Position numbers and translations under genes: made by a program | Shown: in pieces, positions 26,320-34,319 of the stretch | How positions within the stretch are numbered: the stretch's first letter is position 1 | Layout of the letters: every line of letters starts with the position of its first letter | Notes under the pieces: model-generated | Databases searched by the model: none | What the model saw: only the letters and a program-made list of their open reading frames with translations | Told to the model about the DNA's origin: nothing | IMG/VR virus record: IMGVR_UViG_3300010234_000001 | Coordinates: 1-50,611 of that record | DNA: 50,611 nt | Strand: one strand, 5' to 3' | DNA from: a virus | Lineage: Duplodnaviria; Heunggongvirae; Uroviricota; Caudoviricetes

Positions 26320-27405
26320 ATGTCTACGCTATCAAAGCAAGAGTTGAAGAAATTTCATGGTGATGAACCGGTTCTGGATGAAAATTCAACGACCGGAGAC
26401 TTCATTAACGCCCACACATACTACAACTATGTTGACGACAAGCGGGTAAGAGGGTACGCACTCTCTTACCTTGAGAGTATTGGATACGACAAAAAAAAGA
26501 TTGCAAGCGCGGAAAAGATTCCCGTCCCATTCATGCAATCAATCGGCACCAATTTTCGATTGCTTGCTACTGGAAGCGTGCTATCCCAAGATGTTATCGA
26601 TAAGAATTTCGAACGACTGGAAAAGCTTATTGAAAAGTATGGCAAAAAGACCAAAAAAAGTGTAGCGCCGAATGAGCCTACCGTTCAAGATAGAACGATG
26701 GAAAAAGTTGGCTCCCTTATTGCGGATATTGAGGATGAAATTGACAAGTTTTGGGACAAAGGTAGTAGCGACTTCAACGTAGCTATCTGGCTGACCAACA
26801 ATGAAGTCAAGCCAAAACTATCCACCAAGATAGCGGAATATTATTGGCCTCTATACGAAGAAGCATTGGAAATCCTTAAAGGTACGGACGATCAGCTTAA
26901 CGAAGCGTATTCAAAAGTTAAGCGAATGAAGAAGAAAAGATACGCCGAATTTCTAAAGAACATCATCTATGCGTGCGAAACACGATTGGACGTACAAAAA
27001 GCGTCACGCAAAACGCGGAAGACCAAGGAAAAGCCGGTGAAGGATATTGTCGCAAATGTGAAGTATCTCCCCGCAGCACCAGAATTTGGCATTAAATCGG
27101 TTAATCCGACCAAGCTGGTGGGCGCATCGCAGGTATGGGTTTTTAACACCAAATATCGCCAGTTGGGTGTCTATAATGCCTTGGGTCCGAACGGCATCAC
27201 TGTCAAGGGCACAACGCTACAGGGGTTTGACGAGAAAACTAGCACCGGAAAAACGCTGCGCAAGCCCGAAGAGGTATTGCCAAAGGTGTTGTCGGGTGGT
27301 AGGGTGGCGAGACGTAACCTAATCCCGTCCATTCGCGCGGTCGAAAAAAAGATGACCGGTCGCATAAATAAGGATACGGTAATTATGAGAGTGATAAATG
27401 GGTAA
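26320..27405 (+). CDS. conserved T4-like phage hypothetical protein
   Basis: SVNP..LVGA..VWVFNTKYR.L..Y...VKGTTL.GFD...KTLRKPE C-terminal domain. Confidence 0.75.
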   Translation: MSTLSKQELKKFHGDEPVLDENSTTGDFINAHTYYNYVDDKRVRGYALSYLESIGYDKKKIASAEKIPVPFMQSIGTNFRLLATGSVLSQDVIDKNFERLEKLIEKYGKKTKKSVAPNEPTVQDRTMEKVGSLIADIEDEIDKFWDKGSSDFNVAIWLTNNEVKPKLSTKIAEYYWPLYEEALEILKGTDDQLNEAYSKVKRMKKKRYAEFLKNIIYACETRLDVQKASRKTRKTKEKPVKDIVANVKYLPAAPEFGIKSVNPTKLVGASQVWVFNTKYRQLGVYNALGPNGITVKGTTLQGFDEKTSTGKTLRKPEEVLPKVLSGGRVARRNLIPSIRAVEKKMTGRINKDTVIMRVING

Positions 27406-27769
27406 AGTGCTGGAATTCCCTAAAGAAAAGTTTGGTAAATTTCATCCAAACGAGATAGCCAAGCGGAAATCCGAACAGACCGATCTATGGAGACAGAAGC
27501 TTGATAAGAGCATTCGTCACCTTACGAACGATCTATTTTTCAAGATCAAAGAAGACCTTGAAAAGTCGGACATTCCGCTTGGTGACCGGTTCAACGCCGA
27601 CTATGCATACGTGGAAGAAGCCATTGTGGCTATGTTCTATCGCTTGCATGGTTTAGAACACCCCGTTCAAATCCAGATGGATATGATCGGTCATGGGTTC
27701 ATCGTTGATCCGGAGCTTCAGAAGGAGAAGAACAATGACAAACCCGACCCCGGACCAATCACCGCTTAA
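27398..27769 (+). CDS. hypothetical protein
   Basis: MGKVLEFP start; G.EHP.Q motif. Confidence 0.7.
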   Translation: MGKVLEFPKEKFGKFHPNEIAKRKSEQTDLWRQKLDKSIRHLTNDLFFKIKEDLEKSDIPLGDRFNADYAYVEEAIVAMFYRLHGLEHPVQIQMDMIGHGFIVDPELQKEKNNDKPDPGPITA

Positions 27770-27848
27770 ATGGCCGAAATGGCTTAAATATTCAGTTGTC
27801 TATACGGTAATAGGAACAATCTTCATTATGACTATAATGCTAAACTAA
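27735..27848 (+). CDS. 37-aa single-TM peptide
   Basis: AGGAG SD; MTNPTPDQSPLKWPKWLKYSVVYTVIGTIFIMTIMLN*. Confidence 0.5.
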   Translation: MTNPTPDQSPLKWPKWLKYSVVYTVIGTIFIMTIMLN

Positions 27849-27859
27849 AGGAAAAAGAA

Positions 27860-28429
27860 ATGATAGACAAGACGGAAGTGCTAGTAGAATTATTGCTTAA
27901 TCCGACAATGAAAAACCCGGATATCGAGGTTATCATTGCGGAATTTCGGCGGCTACAAGATGCACTAAAGAAATCACAATTCGAGACGATGTTTGAAGCT
28001 GATAAAAATTTGGCAAAAGAACTTGAAATCAGTGAATTGATAGTAATGGTCAAAGACTTAAAAGAAACGGTGGAAGCATTCAATGAGCAAGCCGCAAAGA
28101 TTGATGAAGAAAATCTTGGCTTGAAAAACAAGCTAAAGCGAAAGCAGGATGAAATCAATATAGTTGAGAAAAAATGCAACAGTATTGACAAGCATTTCAA
28201 AGACTTATATACAATCAATGAGTCTTTGCTGAAGCAGCGGGACGATAAAAAGAATGAAATCGCGCTACTCGATGATCTGCTCAATCAAATGGCTCTCGAA
28301 ATGGATGACAGCAAGAGAACAGTTGAAAAATTAGTTGAAGATAATGCAAAGCTTTCCGATGATCTAAAAAAGTGGCAAAGAGGATACGCCGACGAATATG
28401 TTGAAAATATGCAAAAGGATCAGTGGTAA
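27860..28429 (+). CDS. coiled-coil hypothetical protein
   Basis: Heptad-rich E/K/L composition. Confidence 0.7.
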   Translation: MIDKTEVLVELLLNPTMKNPDIEVIIAEFRRLQDALKKSQFETMFEADKNLAKELEISELIVMVKDLKETVEAFNEQAAKIDEENLGLKNKLKRKQDEINIVEKKCNSIDKHFKDLYTINESLLKQRDDKKNEIALLDDLLNQMALEMDDSKRTVEKLVEDNAKLSDDLKKWQRGYADEYVENMQKDQW

Positions 28430-28435
28430 AATACT

Positions 28436-29299
28436 ATGATTTTATTGGATTTGAACCAAGTTGTTATTGCGAGTGTGATGGTTCATGCCCGTGATTCTAA
28501 AGATGGTGAACTCAATGAACAAATGATTCGCCATATGGTGCTCAACACCATTCGATCATACAATCGTCAATTCAAGATGAAGTATGGCCGAATGGTGCTT
28601 TGCTGCGATTCGCGTCATTACTGGCGCAAGAATTTCTTTCCCAACTACAAGGTTCACCGAAAGAAGGATCGGGATAAATCCAAGCAAAATTGGCAAATGG
28701 TATTTGACACCCTAGCGAGAATCAAACAAGAGATTCGCGAAGATATGGGATATCAGGTCATAGAGGTTGACCTTGCAGAAGCGGATGATATAATCGGAAC
28801 GCTAGCCCCAATCCTATGCACGGTAGAGCCGGTGTTGATCATATCATCCGACAAAGACTTCATGCAGCTACAGATTCATCCTAATATCGATCAATATTCA
28901 CCCACATTCAAGAACTTCATTCGGTCGGATGATCCGGTAACGTATCTGCGGGAGCATATCCTGCGGGGGGATAAAAGTGATGGAATTCCTAATTTCCTAT
29001 CGGATGATGACACATTAGTGAGTGGAAAACGCCAAAAACCCCTAAATAAGAAAAGAATGACGGATTGGGTTACGTATGAACCTGAATTCTTTTTGAATGA
29101 TGATGATTCAACAATAGCTAATGGTTATCATAGAAATCATACGCTGGTTGATTTATCTAATACACCGCATGATATAAAAAACGAGATTATTATGCAGTTT
29201 CATAAAAACCCGCCGCCCCGCCGTACAAAAACGGACATTCTTAATTACTTCATCAAGAAAGGTTTGAAAGACCTTTCGGGAAAAATAGAGGACTTCTAA
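28436..29299 (+). CDS. rnh: T4 RNase H (5'-3' exonuclease, FEN family)
   Basis: ILLDLNQ, YWRK..FP.YK, EADDIIG, SSDKDF.QL, GDKSDGIPN. Confidence 0.95.
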   Translation: MILLDLNQVVIASVMVHARDSKDGELNEQMIRHMVLNTIRSYNRQFKMKYGRMVLCCDSRHYWRKNFFPNYKVHRKKDRDKSKQNWQMVFDTLARIKQEIREDMGYQVIEVDLAEADDIIGTLAPILCTVEPVLIISSDKDFMQLQIHPNIDQYSPTFKNFIRSDDPVTYLREHILRGDKSDGIPNFLSDDDTLVSGKRQKPLNKKRMTDWVTYEPEFFLNDDDSTIANGYHRNHTLVDLSNTPHDIKNEIIMQFHKNPPPRRTKTDILNYFIKKGLKDLSGKIEDF

Positions 29300-29724
29300 T
29301 GATACTAAACATGTATGAAATCTTTGATCTAGTCGCGAATGAAAATGGCGTAAATGCTAGGAAAGAGATTCTAAAAAAGAACGAGTCGGACACGTTAAAG
29401 AACGTGCTCCAAGGCGCATTCCATCCGGGAATTAAATTTATTTTCCCGCGCGTTCCGGAATACACACCTTCCGATGATCCGCCCGGAATGGCATACGTTA
29501 ACATTGACGAAGTGCTTCAGCGAATTTATCTATTCGTTGAAGGTTCAACAAAGGCTTCACCAAACCTGACGCAAGACAAGCGAGAGAAAATTCTCATTGA
29601 AATGCTGGAAGGCATGGAAGCCCGCGAAGCCGAAGTGGTGTTAAACATGATGCAAAAAGATTTGAAGGTCAAGTACCTAACCAAGAATTTGGTTGACGAA
29701 GTTTTTCCGGGACTTACTCACTAA
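29299..29724 (+). CDS. conserved T4-like phage hypothetical protein
   Basis: P.YTP.D.P, KRE..LI.MLEG...EA pattern; follows rnh. Confidence 0.7.
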   Translation: MILNMYEIFDLVANENGVNARKEILKKNESDTLKNVLQGAFHPGIKFIFPRVPEYTPSDDPPGMAYVNIDEVLQRIYLFVEGSTKASPNLTQDKREKILIEMLEGMEAREAEVVLNMMQKDLKVKYLTKNLVDEVFPGLTH

Positions 29725-29727
29725 AGC

Positions 29728-30105
29728 ATGGTACCTCTCACGGAGGCAATTTCCCTTACTAAAAGGGAAGATTTTCACCCAACAAAAGCGGATTGTGAAT
29801 TTTGGTTTAATTTACTCAACGAAGAGCTATTTTGTGCCGAATTAGCCAAACCAAAATTTGTGATTCGCCGGTTGCGGGGAAAATGGGGCATGCTCGATTG
29901 TGACTTGACAGAAGGACCGGAAGATGCTAAGTTGACCATCACTACTAAATTTCCGGGCAAAATGAAGTTCGTGGAAGTGCTGGCGCACGAAATGGTGCAT
30001 CAATATCAGCTACAATTTCACGAACCCATGGGGCACGGAAAGCACTTTAAAAAGTGGAGACCCATTTTCGAGGATCGCGGGTTGAAACTTCGGGAAAAAC
30101 TTTGA
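29728..30105 (+). CDS. SprT-like zinc metalloprotease-domain protein
   Basis: LAHEMVHQYQ...HG..F. Confidence 0.8.
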   Translation: MVPLTEAISLTKREDFHPTKADCEFWFNLLNEELFCAELAKPKFVIRRLRGKWGMLDCDLTEGPEDAKLTITTKFPGKMKFVEVLAHEMVHQYQLQFHEPMGHGKHFKKWRPIFEDRGLKLREKL

Positions 30106-30126
30106 TCCTCATAGAGAGAAGGAACC

Positions 30127-30318
30127 ATGAAGAAAAAGGTTGATTTTCGTCAGCAGAATCGTCGTACCCACCGCAAAGACGATGGCGAACATTTCACGGA
30201 TCGTCGCAGCAAGCGAACGAAAATGGAAGAAATGACTGGAAGACGAAAGAATTCCAATAATAGTCGTTCAAAACTACTAAGATATGCGGACATCATTGAT
30301 GAATCCGATATAGACTAA
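30127..30318 (+). CDS. small basic hypothetical protein
   Basis: AAGGA SD, ORF. Confidence 0.6.
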   Translation: MKKKVDFRQQNRRTHRKDDGEHFTDRRSKRTKMEEMTGRRKNSNNSRSKLLRYADIIDESDID

Positions 30319-30332
30319 CATTAAGGAATAAT

Positions 30333-30590
30333 ATGCCAAGATATACATTCGAAGACGAAAATGGTGAACAGTCCATTGTTGAAATGAAGATGGCGGAGTT
30401 GGATGATTTCAAGGAAAAGAATCCTAACTTGCATCAGGTTTTCACATCACCACAGACTGTTGATCCTATTCTGCTAGGACGGGAACGACCGCCCGCCGAC
30501 TTCCAAAAGTACGTGATCGATAAGATTAAAGCAAAAACACCGGGGCATAGCATGGATAGCACCCGATGGCCCACATCGAGAGAATGGTAA
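30333..30590 (+). CDS. FmdB-like small protein lacking the Cys ligands
   Basis: MPRYTF...M.M.ELD.F...NP.L.Q. Confidence 0.6.
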   Translation: MPRYTFEDENGEQSIVEMKMAELDDFKEKNPNLHQVFTSPQTVDPILLGRERPPADFQKYVIDKIKAKTPGHSMDSTRWPTSREW

Positions 30591-31252
30591 ATCAATTCGA
30601 TTACGGATTAACCGATATAACAACCGATTCCGGGAGGATATACGTTCTCCCGGACGGAACTCAATATCCATCAGTAACTACCGTTCTAGGGCACGTTAAA
30701 CCCCAAGGGATAATTGATTGGGAAGAGCGGATCGGATTGATAGAAGCTGACAGGATTCGTGACATTGCAACATCAAAAGGTTCAAAACTTCATGATCTTG
30801 TTGAAAGATATCTTGACGGACAGAAGCCGGATCACAAAAGGGAATTCCCGGATGTTAACGCACTATTCTTCAAGATAAAATCGGAACTTGATAAGATATC
30901 CAACATCGTATGCCAAGAGGCTGCGCTATATTCGGACGAACTTAAAATTGCCGGTAGGGTTGACTGCGTTGGTAAATATAATGGGCAATACGCTATAATC
31001 GACTTCAAAACAGCATCCAAACCAAAGAAGCCGGAATATATCACCAGCTACTGTGAACAAATAACCGGATATGGGCGAATGTTTTACGAGAGAACTGGCA
31101 TAAATATCAGACGCGGTGTTATTATTATGGCATCACCAATCAAAGGCCAAGTTTTTAAGGTGCGTTTGGATGATCATATCGAATCCTTAAAAGCCAAAAT
31201 AGAAGGATACTATCAAGATGTTGAAGCTAATACTGACACTATTATTGAGTAG
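30584..31252 (+). CDS. PD-(D/E)xK exonuclease
   Basis: YPSVTTVL, G..H..VE.YL, E..LYS..IAGRVDC, IIDFKT, Y..Q..Y. Confidence 0.85.
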   Translation: MVNQFDYGLTDITTDSGRIYVLPDGTQYPSVTTVLGHVKPQGIIDWEERIGLIEADRIRDIATSKGSKLHDLVERYLDGQKPDHKREFPDVNALFFKIKSELDKISNIVCQEAALYSDELKIAGRVDCVGKYNGQYAIIDFKTASKPKKPEYITSYCEQITGYGRMFYERTGINIRRGVIIMASPIKGQVFKVRLDDHIESLKAKIEGYYQDVEANTDTIIE

Positions 31253-32315
31253 TGTTATAATTGTCGGCAGCGCATTCGCGCTTTCCGCCGATAAAACACC
31301 ATTGCCCGCCCATGCGATTGCGTATCAGGCGAGAGCGGCAACAGTCCTTATTCATGCCCATAACAACGCAGTAAAGCCATGGTGGAATGATTCGGTCGGC
31401 ACCGGATTTATGATCGATCCGAATGTATTCATCACGAATTATCACGTCTTTCCAAGATATTTTACGGACGACGTAAAGGTAACGGCGCAAACGTACAATA
31501 CGAGCCGTGAATATGAGGTTGAAGTAATTGCCGCTGATCGCTTGACGGATATTGTCATCTTTGGGATCATTGGATGGAATGAATTTAAGGGAATCGAACC
31601 ATACGGCATTCTAGAATTTGAGGAAAATCCAAAAGGTATTCAATACGCGGATATAACATACGCTTTCGGTCACCCCGGAAGGGCGGATTGGACATTCCTA
31701 AGCGGAATCGTATCTAATCCGAATGGTCATCCGGTCACCGAAATTCAACCAACCACAATGATTCAGACGAATCTAGGCATTGGACCGGGAATGTCGGGTG
31801 GTCCGGTTTTGAGTGAAACAGGAAGGGTTATTGGAATCAGTAATCAAATTATTGATGTTCCCGGAACAAACACCGGTTTTGCCATTCGTTCGGATTCGGC
31901 AATCGAAATTATTTCCGACCTGATGGATGATGATGGTGTTGTTCATTGGCCTAAAATTGGAATCGGAATGAAAGACGATCCGGATTTGCCATACACATTG
32001 ATTGAAGATGTGATTGAAGGTTCTACTGCGGATGGAATATTCCTTCCGGGGGATCAAATTATTTCCATCAATGATCGGAGCGGTGCCAGAGTCAGGGACG
32101 TTCAAGAAGAAATATGGCTATACAATTTGGGTGACGTGCTGGCGTTCGAGATAGAACGGGACGGGGAACGATTGACGAAGATTGTGATAATCAAAGAGGT
32201 TATCACATCCGAAGAATTAAATGAGTTGATTCACGTCTATACTCCAACCCCGCTTCCGCTGGTGGAAATTGCACCGCCACCATCACAACCGGAAACGGAT
32301 GACGAAAATCATTAA
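31218..32315 (+). CDS. secreted HtrA/DegP-like serine protease with a PDZ domain
   Basis: Signal peptide; GTGF, TNYHV (His), TDI (Asp), GMSGGP (Ser); C-terminal IG...GD.I.SIN PDZ. Confidence 0.85.
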   Translation: MLKLILTLLLSSVIIVGSAFALSADKTPLPAHAIAYQARAATVLIHAHNNAVKPWWNDSVGTGFMIDPNVFITNYHVFPRYFTDDVKVTAQTYNTSREYEVEVIAADRLTDIVIFGIIGWNEFKGIEPYGILEFEENPKGIQYADITYAFGHPGRADWTFLSGIVSNPNGHPVTEIQPTTMIQTNLGIGPGMSGGPVLSETGRVIGISNQIIDVPGTNTGFAIRSDSAIEIISDLMDDDGVVHWPKIGIGMKDDPDLPYTLIEDVIEGSTADGIFLPGDQIISINDRSGARVRDVQEEIWLYNLGDVLAFEIERDGERLTKIVIIKEVITSEELNELIHVYTPTPLPLVEIAPPPSQPETDDENH

Positions 32316-32332
32316 AAATGCATTTTTAGGGG

Positions 32333-32361
32333 TTGACATACGACACCGGATGCTATATACT
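32333..32361 (+). promoter_or_regulatory. strong sigma70-like promoter of the tmRNA locus
   Basis: TTGACA-N17-TATACT. Confidence 0.8.
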
Positions 32362-32369
32362 ACAGAAAT

Positions 32370-32428
32370 AATGACCGATGACGGTAATCGGAGGGAAGCA
32401 AGACCGGGGGGCGGTACCCCGCGCCTCT
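32370..32428 (+). pseudogene. relic alphaproteobacterial-type tmRNA acceptor piece without CCA
   Basis: gac-cgggg-GGCGGTA-ccccg-cgcctct followed by aaag instead of ACCA. Confidence 0.65.
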
Positions 32429-32441
32429 AAAGTAGAAAAGT

Positions 32442-32478
32442 TATAAATAGTGCATAGGAGGATAACTCTATGCACTAT
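32442..32478 (+). promoter_or_regulatory. late promoter overlapping a hairpin that sequesters the SD and AUG
   Basis: TATAAATA 32442-32449; atagtgcata 32447-32456 pairs with tatgcactat 32469-32478. Confidence 0.85.
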
Positions 32479-33006
32479 ACGATATACAAAATAACAAACT
32501 TAGTAAACGGTAAAATCTACATCGGAAAACATCAAACCAACAATTTGAACGACAATTACTATTCATCATCAAAAATTTTAATTGATGCTATAAAAAAACA
32601 TGGTAAAGATAATTTTCGAAAAGAAATTTTGTTTGATTTTGATGAAGAAGAAGATATGAATATGAAAGAAGCTGAAATTGTTTCAGAAGAATTTGTCAGT
32701 CGGCAAGACACTTACAATGTCGCATTAGGAGGGAATGGTGGTTGGTCTTACATCAACGATGGTTCCAATGAACACTTGGATAGAGCCAGAAAGGCTTCGA
32801 AGAAAGGCTTTGAAAATGCTAGAAATCACCCAAATTGGGGTAAGACATCCTTTCAAAAAGGTGATCCGAAAGTTGCGCAATTAGCCATAAAAGCAAATGA
32901 ATATAGAAAAAAATATGGTCTGACAAAAGAACATAAAAATAAAATTCGTCAAGCGTCTTTAAAAAGAGAACAACAAAGACGAGAAACTGGATACTATCAG
33001 AAATAA
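32470..33006 (+). CDS. free-standing GIY-YIG (seg-like) homing endonuclease
   Basis: YTIYKITN.VNGKIYIGKHQT, F.KEIL, E.EIV, TYN...GG.GG; paralog of 852..1481. Confidence 0.9.
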   Translation: MHYTIYKITNLVNGKIYIGKHQTNNLNDNYYSSSKILIDAIKKHGKDNFRKEILFDFDEEEDMNMKEAEIVSEEFVSRQDTYNVALGGNGGWSYINDGSNEHLDRARKASKKGFENARNHPNWGKTSFQKGDPKVAQLAIKANEYRKKYGLTKEHKNKIRQASLKREQQRRETGYYQK

Positions 33007-33007
33007 C

Positions 33008-33080
33008 GCTGACTGATAGCTCATCATAGATCGACTGGATTGTGGTATGGACCCGGTTTCGATTACCGGCATCTCCACCA
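33008..33080 (+). ncRNA. ssrA: two-piece tmRNA, acceptor piece (5' end approximate)
   Basis: gac-ccggt-TTCGATT-accgg-CATCTCC-ACCA. Confidence 0.9.
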
Positions 33081-33088
33081 AAATATAT

Positions 33089-33306
33089 GGGGATGAAAGG
33101 ATTTCGACATATACGAAAAGGAAGATTTAGGTGTTCGACAAGATGCTGTCGTTAAATAGAATCACAAACTAAACGCAAACCTAACTGCGAGCAACGACAA
33201 TGTTGCAAATAAGGGTAAGCCTTCTCGCGGAATCGTCAATGACGGTTTCGCTATTGCGGCCTAACCTATGAGCTTCGGGAGTGAGCTTGGAAACAGAATC
33301 ACTCCC
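33089..33306 (+). ncRNA. ssrA: two-piece tmRNA, coding piece; tag ANLTASNDNVANKGKPSRGIVNDGFAIAA* at 33175..33264
   Basis: GGGGATG pairs with CATCTCC including G3:U70; ...TTCGAC D-region; tag ends in AA*; 3' hairpin gggagtga-gcttggaaacagaa-tcactccc. Confidence 0.9.
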
Positions 33307-33319
33307 AACTTATTTGAAT

Positions 33320-33428
33320 CGGAAATGTATCATTAGTTTAACTAGCGGAATCTAGTCAATGCTAGGATGCAGAGAAGGCCCGACCGCTAAAGACTAGAAT
33401 GGGGGTAAGCTCTGGTGATACATTTCCG
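33320..33428 (+). ncRNA. unclassified structured RNA
   Basis: 13-bp perfect closing stem cggaaatgtatca/tgatacatttccg with internal helices; no ORF. Confidence 0.5.
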
Positions 33429-33569
33429 TGCTACGCGTTAAGGCTTTGGAGATTCTTCGGGGGATAAACTCCAACCAGTCAAATAAAAGTAATCCCTTGG
33501 TCTTTCAAGAGCTTTCGCCATAGTAAAGCTCTGTCATTTTCCCTCATACCCCTAGGAGTCTTCCATCGC

Positions 33570-33809
33570 ATGTCTTCTTCCTATCATTACTACGCAAGGG
33601 CCGGATTATCATACGAAATAAACAATGTAATTAATTTGGAAATAGATAGATTGAAACATATAAAACGAGACATGGACCCCGACAAAGATACATTGGATGA
33701 AAATTGGACGACTTACAATAATACAATTAGACAAATTGAAGATATGAATATGATTAAGACATATATGGAAAGTAGAATTAAAAAATTGACGGAGCAATTG
33801 GATGACTGA
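33570..33809 (+). CDS. hypothetical protein
   Basis: AGGAG SD, ORF. Confidence 0.6.
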   Translation: MSSSYHYYARAGLSYEINNVINLEIDRLKHIKRDMDPDKDTLDENWTTYNNTIRQIEDMNMIKTYMESRIKKLTEQLDD

Positions 33810-34113
33810 CGAAGAGATTATTGCGGTCTACAAATATGAAATAGAACATTACATCAATCCTGAAATCGCAAAGATGAAAGAACAAATAGATAAGGACGAT
33901 GAAAAAAGTAGACAAAGATGGATTGAATGGAATCCGGACAAAGACCCAAATTCTTATGTAGCTTCGCCGGGAGTATGGAATGAAGGCAGTAAAGAAGCAA
34001 TGAATAGTTTTCTATACGGATACTGGCATAACATAAGAAGTTTTATGGAATTAAGATATTTAAGACTGATAGAAAAACGGCAATTTCCAGAGAAGGAGGA
34101 TCGTGACAGCTAA
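33802..34113 (+). CDS. hypothetical protein
   Basis: ORF; shares the EI...I...I..MK...D.D and I..(Y/F)ME.R pattern with 33570..33809. Confidence 0.65.
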   Translation: MTDEEIIAVYKYEIEHYINPEIAKMKEQIDKDDEKSRQRWIEWNPDKDPNSYVASPGVWNEGSKEAMNSFLYGYWHNIRSFMELRYLRLIEKRQFPEKEDRDS

Positions 34114-34306
34114 AGAAGACTCGCTACAGTTTTCCACGGAAATAGAAGAAATAGCACGGGAGAAACGGCTAAGCTACATAGACGCAATTCTACATTATTG
34201 TGACGCGACAGGCTTGGAGGTAGAGTTGGTTAATAAACTCGTCAACAAGCAATTAAAAGAAAAAGTACAAGTAGAAGCGGAAGAATTGAACTTCCTGAAA
34301 AAATAG
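34103..34306 (+). CDS. 33: late transcription co-activator (gp33-like)
   Basis: FS.EIE......SYIDAI..YC.......L....LKEK...EA..LNFL; position before 59 and 32. Confidence 0.85.
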   Translation: MTAKEDSLQFSTEIEEIAREKRLSYIDAILHYCDATGLEVELVNKLVNKQLKEKVQVEAEELNFLKK

Positions 34307-34319
34307 AGGATCGCGCCTC

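Noticed and set aside
30584-31252. Cas4 / CRISPR adaptation gene
   Set aside because: It lacks the Fe-S cysteine cluster and any cas context; it fits an ordinary phage PD-(D/E)xK exonuclease.
32429-33047. Group I intron interrupting the tmRNA
   Set aside because: Only about 40 nt flank the ORF on each side, with no room for a catalytic core. The acceptor is duplicated rather than split, so this is a free-standing endonuclease.
33320-33428. SRP RNA, 6S RNA, Y RNA, or hammerhead/twister ribozyme
   Set aside because: I could not find their diagnostic motifs by eye; left unclassified.
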